Shown here: positions 6,474 to 11,110 of the stretch, piece by piece | Numbering within the stretch: the first letter of the stretch is position 1 | Layout of the letters: each line of letters starts with the position of its first letter | Origin: Myxococcota bacterium | GTDB taxonomy: Bacteria; Myxococcota; JADLHZ01 | Assembly (NCBI GenBank): GCA_044359465.1 | Contig: JBIKMD010000045.1 | Coordinates: forward strand, 1 to 11,110 | Direction of reading: 5' to 3' | DNA: 11,110 nt | Translations under genes and position numbers: made by a program | Notes under the pieces: generated by a model | Seen by the model: only the letters and a program-made list of their open reading frames with translations | Told to the model about the DNA's origin: nothing | The model's database searches: none

Positions 6474-6510
6474 GGTCATGGTCCATGTCATGGCGGTGAC
6501 GGAATGACCC
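6474..6510. promoter_or_regulatory. Cluster of GGTCATGG-like direct repeats (GGTCATGG-n5-TGTCATGG-n1-GGTGACGG-n1-ATGACC) abutting the start codon of the Cys-rich lipoprotein gene. Candidate response-regulator operator.
   Basis: Read directly: ggtcatgg at 6474-6481, tgtcatgg at 6486-6493, ggtgacgg at 6495-6502, and atgacc at 6504-6509 (which is the ATG plus ACC codon). The same 8-mer GGTCATGG and GGTGAC occur upstream of the 7912..9219 lipoprotein gene. Confidence 0.35.
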
Positions 6511-7412
6511 GCGCACTCTTTGTTCTTGTTCTTCTCTCTCCCTTGCTCTCCGCTTGTCAGAAGTCGGACTGCGAAGCGATCCGTGAGCACGCGACGGACT
6601 GCCGCAACGTTGCGAGCAATCCTGCCGGTCGCGACGGCGGGATTTGCGAGAAGTACCGCGACGTCAAAGGCAAGGCCGGCATGGAAACTTTCGCCACCTG
6701 CACGACGCGGCTTCGCTGTGATGACAAGGTTGGACTTGCCGCTTGTATCGACGAGTCGACCAATGCCGATGCGCCGGCGTGCGAACGCCTCAATGGCTAC
6801 TTGGTCGCTTGCGGCCTCGAGCCCGCGAGTGGCGGCCTTTCGTGCAGTGAGTACGGCGGAGCCGAGACGCTGCCTGCCTTCACTGGTTACGTGCAGTGCG
6901 TGATTGATCGCGGCTGTTTGACCGAAGCAGACACTGCCGCTGCGCTCGACGACTGTCGTAGCCAAACCCTTGGCAGCGCCGCCGCGACGTTCACGGCTTG
7001 TCAGCGGGTTGAGCAGCGCGCGCAAGCTTGCTCAGAGACGCAGCCGACGATTGCCACGTGCTCGCTGCAGATTGCGGCTTTCACGGCTGCCTCCGTAGAT
7101 AAATGGGCTGAATGTTATCTCGGTACCGAATGCGGTGATTTCACTGCACGCGCGCGCTGCGCCGAGCAACTCGAGCTAGCGCAAACGAGCGATGTAGGAA
7201 CGACGGCTGCGTGCAATAAAGTCGGTTTGTTTCAACTGCGCTGCGGCGTGCGAACGCTGCCTGTCATTGGTGACCCGGCGACTTGTGTGCGGTCGCTAGA
7301 CAATTTCAGCGACGACAGCGCCGGCGCATTTGCCGATTGTTTGCTCGAAGTCGAAGACTGCAATGATGCCGCGGGCCTGCTTAGCTGCGCCGGGAAGCTG
7401 CAAGCGAATTAG
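6504..7412 (+). CDS. Cysteine-rich lipoprotein (302 aa, 25 Cys) built from repeated C-x(6-11)-C-x(12-16)-C modules. Function unknown.
   Basis: Signal peptide with consensus lipobox: MTRALFVLVLLSPLLSA-C (L-S-A-C). The mature part has Cys spaced in recurring patterns (DCEAIREHATDCRN...GIC; ACIDESTNADAPACERLNGYLVAC; ECGDFTARARCAEQ...AAC; DCLLEVEDCNDAAGLLSC). The overlapping minus-strand ORF 6471..7025 has no such features. Confidence 0.75.
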   Translation: MTRALFVLVLLSPLLSACQKSDCEAIREHATDCRNVASNPAGRDGGICEKYRDVKGKAGMETFATCTTRLRCDDKVGLAACIDESTNADAPACERLNGYLVACGLEPASGGLSCSEYGGAETLPAFTGYVQCVIDRGCLTEADTAAALDDCRSQTLGSAAATFTACQRVEQRAQACSETQPTIATCSLQIAAFTAASVDKWAECYLGTECGDFTARARCAEQLELAQTSDVGTTAACNKVGLFQLRCGVRTLPVIGDPATCVRSLDNFSDDSAGAFADCLLEVEDCNDAAGLLSCAGKLQAN

Positions 7413-7631
7413 CGCCCTCACTTAGCTTGCTGCGCTGAAACGTGAGCGTTTGGATCGGCAAGCCGGGCTCGATCATGTGCGCCATTTCGGTGGACTTCAC
7501 GCTCGTCGGTATCGGCCGACGCGTCCGCGAGTCCCTTGCGTCTAGAGGAGAGACGCACTTTGTCACGTTTGCTTGTCACCGTGGAGCGATGGACTCGGCT
7601 AGGCTGGCCCTCGCGCGCTCAGACGGTTAAG

Positions 7632-7889
7632 ATGCAGCGCATGAAACTATTCATCCTTGCCGTTGCCGCCGCGACTTCTTTGTTTGCCTGCGCGCCCGCC
7701 AAAGACAGCTCGCGCTGGACACCCTACGCCGGCTGCGGTGAGAGCCAGTGCCGCAGCTGGAACTCGTCGTGCGAAGCCGATTGTATGAACAAGAGTGTTC
7801 GCAAAGACACGGTGAATGCCGATGAGTGTATGAGTGTGTGTGGTTCGAAGATGAGCGAATGCAAACAGTCCTGCACCGCAATCAACTAG
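7632..7889 (+). CDS. Small secreted lipoprotein (about 85 aa precursor) with four C-x3/4-C pairs (CGESQC, CEADC, CMSVC, CKQSC). Twin-Cx3C disulfide mini-protein.
   Basis: The track ORF 7536..7889 starts at a TTG and has a 32-aa non-signal leader. Internal ATGs at 7632 (MQRMKLF) and 7641 (MKLF) give a proper signal peptide with lipobox-like L-F-A-C (MQRMKLFILAVAAATSLFA-C). I chose the ATG at 7632. Confidence 0.6.
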   Translation: MQRMKLFILAVAAATSLFACAPAKDSSRWTPYAGCGESQCRSWNSSCEADCMNKSVRKDTVNADECMSVCGSKMSECKQSCTAIN

Positions 7890-7911
7890 CAGAACGAGTC
7901 AATACGTGTAG

Positions 7912-9219
7912 CTACTTGGGTCTCAGCTCAATCGGTGAGTCCGTCAGATCTACCTCTTCCCCAGCCGCAACATCGACAAAGCGTTGAAGCCCTAACTCGC
8001 GCGCGCTGTAGCCTTCGTAGTCTTTTCCTCCAAAGCTCGTTTGCAGTGCGATGAAGTACCTGCCGGGTGGTACCGCGATGACAAAGGTTCCATCGTAGAG
8101 CGTTTCGTCGTTGTAGAAGTCGCGAGCTGCAGTGGGGGGAACGAAGGGTCCAATGCCGAAGCCGGCAGGTCTCGGATCTTTGCCATCAGGCAGTGCGAAC
8201 GCGATCGGCTGTGCGTTGGGGATACCGGGCACGGGAAGGTGGCGGCCGCGAATGAACCCTAAGGGCACCGCTGGCGGCTCGGTGACGTGGCTATGGCAGA
8301 CAGTGCACGAGCCATTGCCGATGCGTCCGTCTGAGCTGAAAGCGCGCGCCTTGGGAACGCCGAGCGCATTGATGCCCGCGGACCCGAGCGCGTACTCGGT
8401 GCCATCGGTGAAGCCTGCTGCTACAGCGTCAGTGTTGTTGAGCCTACGTTCGACTTCTGCGCGCCAAGGCCAAGAGAAGGCCGCGTTGCTCCAGATTGCA
8501 GTGTAGTACGAGCGCTGCGCTAAGGTTTTGTCTCCGCGCCGAAGGGCAAGATCGCCGATCATGGCCTGCATTCCTGCAATGTTGTTTGGCGCGATGGGGG
8601 TGTCCCAAATCCGACGCGATCGTTCTAGCGTGAGGGGATCACGCGAGCCCTGCAGCCTCGCCGTATCAGCAACGACTTCGTCGAAAGCCGCCGCGGCTTC
8701 TTCGAGCATGGCCGGGGTCGCGTTCGGATCGCCGCCAGTCGAGAGCGTCACGCCAAAGAGCGTGAAAGCGCCGTAAGTCATCGTTGTGGGCCGAATGCCG
8801 TCGAGCGCGCCAGCAATCGCGTCCGTGCGTCCGAGCGCGCGGGCTTCGAAGAGAAACAAGGTCGCCCGCCAGAGTGGCAAGCGTGCGTCGTCAGGAAAAT
8901 AGGGAATCGCCGCATCAAACGCTGCGACGCCCTCTGCGACGTACTCAGTCCGATCGAGCTCGGCGAGCGCCATGAGTGCGGCGGCGCCAATGGCGCGTGC
9001 GCGTTCTGGGCTGTCCGGAACGTCCTCATGCAAGAAACGCCAAACAGCATCGAAGGCGGCAACATCATAGTTCAGCGCCCAAATGACATCTGCCATGGGG
9101 TAACTGACATCTCGAGGTTGCGGGGGCGCGGTTTGGGCTTGGGTGTAGGAAGCAGGCGCCGGCCGGCGAACCTCAGCCGCGGTACACGCGATCAACAACA
9201 GACAAAGGAGAGCTTTCAT
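7912..9219 (-). CDS. Lipoprotein (435 aa). It has an Ala-rich helical (TPR-like) N-terminal half, a single CxxCH haem-c binding motif (GSCTVCHSH), and a beta-rich C-terminal domain. Function unknown.
   Basis: Signal peptide plus lipobox: MKALLCLLLIA-C (L-I-A-C). There is one CTVCH motif (CxxCH). The gene lies immediately downstream of, and co-oriented with, the response-regulator gene (78-bp gap). Confidence 0.75.
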   Translation of the reverse strand: MKALLCLLLIACTAAEVRRPAPASYTQAQTAPPQPRDVSYPMADVIWALNYDVAAFDAVWRFLHEDVPDSPERARAIGAAALMALAELDRTEYVAEGVAAFDAAIPYFPDDARLPLWRATLFLFEARALGRTDAIAGALDGIRPTTMTYGAFTLFGVTLSTGGDPNATPAMLEEAAAAFDEVVADTARLQGSRDPLTLERSRRIWDTPIAPNNIAGMQAMIGDLALRRGDKTLAQRSYYTAIWSNAAFSWPWRAEVERRLNNTDAVAAGFTDGTEYALGSAGINALGVPKARAFSSDGRIGNGSCTVCHSHVTEPPAVPLGFIRGRHLPVPGIPNAQPIAFALPDGKDPRPAGFGIGPFVPPTAARDFYNDETLYDGTFVIAVPPGRYFIALQTSFGGKDYEGYSARELGLQRFVDVAAGEEVDLTDSPIELRPK

Positions 9220-9254
9220 GACCTGAGCATAGTGAACTCATCGGCAGTGCCTAT

Positions 9255-9297
9255 CCGTCAAAGGTCATGACCAGAGGTCACCCCTCACCCATGACCC
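9255..9297. promoter_or_regulatory. Motif cluster upstream of the haem-lipoprotein gene. It contains the perfect palindrome GGTCATGACC (9263-9272), GGTCAC (9276-9281), and GGTCATGG on the gene strand (revcomp of 9289-9296). GGTCATG also overlaps the start codon (revcomp of 9217-9223).
   Basis: On the gene (minus) strand the region reads TGAGGGTCATGGGTGAGGGGTGACCTCTGGTCATGACCTTTGACGG ... CAGGTCATGAAAGC. It shares GGTCATGG, GGTGAC and TTGACGG with the 6474-6510 cluster. Confidence 0.35.
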
Positions 9298-9933
9298 TCA
9301 ACCATAACCCAACGATTTACCCTTGAGCGCCGCTTGGGTGCGGTCGCTGACCTCCAGCTTTACCAAAATACCGCTGACGTGGTTCTTCACGGTACCTTCA
9401 CTAAGGTACAGCGCGGCTGCGATTTCTTTGTTGGAAGCGCCACGGCAGATGAGGCGCAAAACGTCGTTCTCTCGCTCGGTGAGCGGATTAGGAGGCGCTG
9501 CCGGGCGTGTTTGCACGCGGGCAAGCTCTGCTAGCACCTTGCTCGCGACGGTCGGATCCAGAAACGATTGGCCCGCGGCGGCGGCGTGCACGGCTTCGCG
9601 TAGGCGTTCGCCGGTGGCGTCTTTTAGCAAATAACCCACGGCTCCGGCGCGCAGTGCTTCGAAGATGGAAGCATCATCGCCAAAGGTCGTCAGCATGAGC
9701 ACGCGGCACGATGGCAGGCTGATGCCCAATCGTCTTGTTGCCTCGATTCCGTTCATGCCGGGCATTTGCAAATCCATGAGGACGACGTCTGCCCGATGCA
9801 ACACACAGGCCGCCACGGCCGCTTCACCGTTTCCCGCATCTGCGACGACTTCGAGCGTTGGATCCACGCTGAGGACCGCGCGGAGCCCTTCGCGAAACAA
9901 CGGTTGGTCGTCCGCTACGACAACACGGGTCAT
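9298..9933 (-). CDS. NarL/FixJ (LuxR-type HTH) family two-component response regulator. Receiver domain plus a C-terminal LuxR-type DNA-binding domain.
   Basis: REC motifs: VVVADDQPLFREG ... VVLMDLQMPGMNG ... LTTFGDD ... VGYLLKD. LuxR-type HTH: LTERENDVLRLICRGASNKEIAAALYLSEGTVKNHVSGILVKLEVSDRTQA. Its ATG (revcomp of 9931-9933) overlaps the kinase TGA (revcomp of 9930-9932) as ATGA. Confidence 0.9.
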   Translation of the reverse strand: MTRVVVADDQPLFREGLRAVLSVDPTLEVVADAGNGEAAVAACVLHRADVVLMDLQMPGMNGIEATRRLGISLPSCRVLMLTTFGDDASIFEALRAGAVGYLLKDATGERLREAVHAAAAGQSFLDPTVASKVLAELARVQTRPAAPPNPLTERENDVLRLICRGASNKEIAAALYLSEGTVKNHVSGILVKLEVSDRTQAALKGKSLGYG

Positions 9934-10763
9934 GCTGGCACGCTCACTTTTACGCTGAAACCGCGGCTACTGGGCGTGATGTTCACTGTGCCTCCTACGA
10001 GCTCAACGCGCTCGCGCAGGCCGGTCAACCCGTTGCCTGGCTGCCAAGTCGCCGCGGCGTTCACGCCGTCATCCTGAATCTCGAGGAGCAGGTGCTTTGG
10101 TGCGTAAGTGAGCCGAACAGAAACGACCTTCGCATCAGCGTGCTTGCGCGCATTGGTGAGCGACTCTTGCGCCGCGCGATAGACGACAAATGCAGCGGCG
10201 CCTGGAACCGAACGCACTTCGCCGAACGACTCGAGCACGACGTGCAGTCCAGTGCTCTGGGTGTCTGCGATCAGCGCAAGAAGTGCCTCGCCGAGTGGTT
10301 TCTCCGACGTTTCGCGTAGCATGCTCACGGAACGGCGCAGCTCGGATAACGCTTCGCGAATGAGCGCTTGCACCTGCGTTAGGCGCTCAGCTGACCCTAT
10401 GGGGTTTGCGCGCGCCGCTTCGAGCTGAATGCTCGCCACGCTCAGGCTGTGGCCGAGACCATCATGGATCTCTCTCGCAATACGATTACGCTCGCGTTCG
10501 GCGCTCAGCGCTTCGATTTCGAGCCGCGCTTTCATTTCTCGTTTGGCGACGAGCGTGAAAATCACCACGAAGGCAAAAGCCGAGGCGATGCCTGCGAACC
10601 CATTCGGTGAACGCGAGATGAGGACGCTGAACGCAGCGGCGACCACGACGCCAACGGGAAGCGGGAAGAACAAAACCAAGGTGCTAACGAAGGGCATGCT
10701 GACGATGAAGCTGCTGCCCTTGGTCAAGATGACGATCGACGCGGCAAGCACGCCATAGATCAC
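9930..10763 (-). CDS. Membrane histidine kinase of the HisKA_3 (NarX/DesK/LiaS-like) type. It has 3-4 N-terminal transmembrane helices with very short loops, a HisKA_3 H-box and an HATPase_c domain.
   Basis: H-box: ERERNRIAREIHDGLGHSLS. ATPase motifs: NARKHADA ... DDGVN ... GNGLTGLRERV. The N-terminal part is almost entirely hydrophobic (IYGVLAASIVILT, FIVSMPFVSTLVLFFPLPVGVVVAAAFSVLI, GFAGIASAFAFVVIFTLVA). The track start is GTG at 10761-10763. The frame stays open upstream to 10973 (see findings). Confidence 0.85.
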   Translation of the reverse strand: MIYGVLAASIVILTKGSSFIVSMPFVSTLVLFFPLPVGVVVAAAFSVLISRSPNGFAGIASAFAFVVIFTLVAKREMKARLEIEALSAERERNRIAREIHDGLGHSLSVASIQLEAARANPIGSAERLTQVQALIREALSELRRSVSMLRETSEKPLGEALLALIADTQSTGLHVVLESFGEVRSVPGAAAFVVYRAAQESLTNARKHADAKVVSVRLTYAPKHLLLEIQDDGVNAAATWQPGNGLTGLRERVELVGGTVNITPSSRGFSVKVSVPA

Positions 10764-10973
10764 GATGCAGGTGTTGATGAGCGCTGTGTTCTGCTTTTGT
10801 TCAGCGAACCTTAGTCCAACTGAGCCCGTGAAGAGCAGCGCCGTCGTTAGCGCGACCAGCAGCGGGCGCTCCGCGCTTTCGATCGTGGTAGGCCTTGCGC
10901 GGCGCCCACAAGGATGGCGACCACGCTCGCAAGCGTTGTTTCTGCCGTGATGAAGCGCGGGCCGCTCAAGTGA

Positions 10974-11110
10974 TCAGAGGCTGGCGGCGATGAGCTCGGC
11001 GACGTCTTTGGCGCCCACTTTGTCATCCATGCCTTTGTCCTTGATGCCGTCGCCGAGCATGGTGAGGCAGAACGGACACGCGGAGCCTACAGTATTTGGA
11101 TTCTTGGCTA
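10974..11110 (-). CDS. C-terminal fragment (44 aa, 5' part outside the window) of a CCG-domain (Fe-S)-binding oxidoreductase. The family is HdrD/GlpC/GlcF/LutA-like.
   Basis: My own translation of the minus strand in the frame ending at TGA (revcomp of 10974-10976) gives ...AKNPNTVGSACPFCLTMLGDGIKDKGMDDKVGAKDVAELIAASL*. The CPxCxxxL segment near the C-terminus is the terminal CxxC of the CCG (Cys-rich) domain. The ORF is absent from the track because it is incomplete. Confidence 0.45.
   Translation of the reverse strand, partial: AKNPNTVGSACPFCLTMLGDGIKDKGMDDKVGAKDVAELIAASL

Noticed and set aside
6471-7025. 184-aa minus-strand ORF overlapping the 5' half of the Cys-rich lipoprotein gene. The nested plus-strand ORF 6520..6903 and minus-strand ORF 6557..6793 lie in the same interval.
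   Set aside because: The plus-strand frame has a textbook signal peptide plus lipobox and regularly spaced Cys modules. The alternatives are Arg/Ala-rich with no features. Only one reading can be real at full overlap.
7442-7889. Plus-strand ORF 7442..7630 and the long TTG-initiated form of the small lipoprotein ORF (7536..7889). Minus-strand ORFs 7381..7566 and 7651..7881 are included.
   Set aside because: The 7536 TTG start would prepend 32 aa of charged non-signal sequence before an otherwise perfect lipoprotein signal peptide. The internal ATG at 7632 or 7641 is the biologically sensible start. The other ORFs are featureless.
7992-9068. Internal ORFs within the 7912..9219 lipoprotein gene: 8041..8262 (+), 8132..8506 (+), 8528..8776 (+), 8784..8975 (+), 7992..8186 (-) and 8778..9068 (-).
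   Set aside because: All are shorter overlapping frames without features. The 435-aa minus-strand frame has the lipobox signal peptide and CxxCH motif, and spans the whole interval.
9323-10950. Plus-strand ORFs antisense to the kinase and regulator genes (9323..9634, 9334..9534, 9507..9698, 9665..9958, 9766..10077, 10092..10319, 10429..10758, 10765..10950).
   Set aside because: The minus-strand frames encode complete, motif-bearing REC/LuxR and HisKA_3/HATPase proteins. The antisense frames are low-complexity.

Overview
GC-rich bacterial chromosomal window, probably accessory-like. Codon usage and the abundance of Cys-rich lipoproteins suggest a Myxococcota-like deltaproteobacterium, but that is only an inference. 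I support 10 protein-coding genes plus one partial gene. Left to right: (1) a secreted Cys-rich protein (65..670, -). (2) A 440-bp intergenic region with a perfect 15-bp palindrome and an orphan tRNA-like T-arm (GGTTCGAATCC) for which I cannot fold a full cloverleaf. (3) A probable two-gene operon: an SPFH/band-7 domain protein with an unusual ~190-aa soluble N-terminal extension (1113..2258, +), followed 44 bp later by a 1037-aa protein (2303..5416, +). The 1037-aa protein has an N-terminal PilZ (c-di-GMP receptor) domain, ~850 aa of E/A/R-rich heptad coiled coil including 21-bp perfect tandem repeats, and an acidic tail. I read this pair as a possible split, c-di-GMP-gated flotillin-like scaffold. 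(4) A convergent XRE-family HTH regulator (5596..6033, -). (5) A 470-bp lower-GC intergenic region with direct repeats. (6) A Cys-rich lipoprotein of 302 aa with 25 Cys in internally repeated C-x-C-x-C modules (6504..7412, +). (7) A small twin-Cx3C lipoprotein (7632..7889, +). (8) On the minus strand, a DesK/NarX-type (HisKA_3) membrane histidine kinase (9930..10763) translationally coupled by an ATGA overlap to a NarL/LuxR-family response regulator (9298..9933). These are followed by a 435-aa lipoprotein carrying a single CxxCH haem-c motif (7912..9219). (9) The C-terminal 44 aa of a CCG-domain Fe-S oxidoreductase at the window edge. The two larger lipoprotein genes share a recurring GGTCATGG / GGTGAC motif cluster in their upstream regions, and the small lipoprotein has twin TTGTCAC repeats. 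I propose these as operator sites of the adjacent response regulator. Many ORFs in the six-frame track that lie antisense to the coiled-coil gene are compositional artefacts and are rejected. No CRISPR array, transposase, integrase or rRNA was found.
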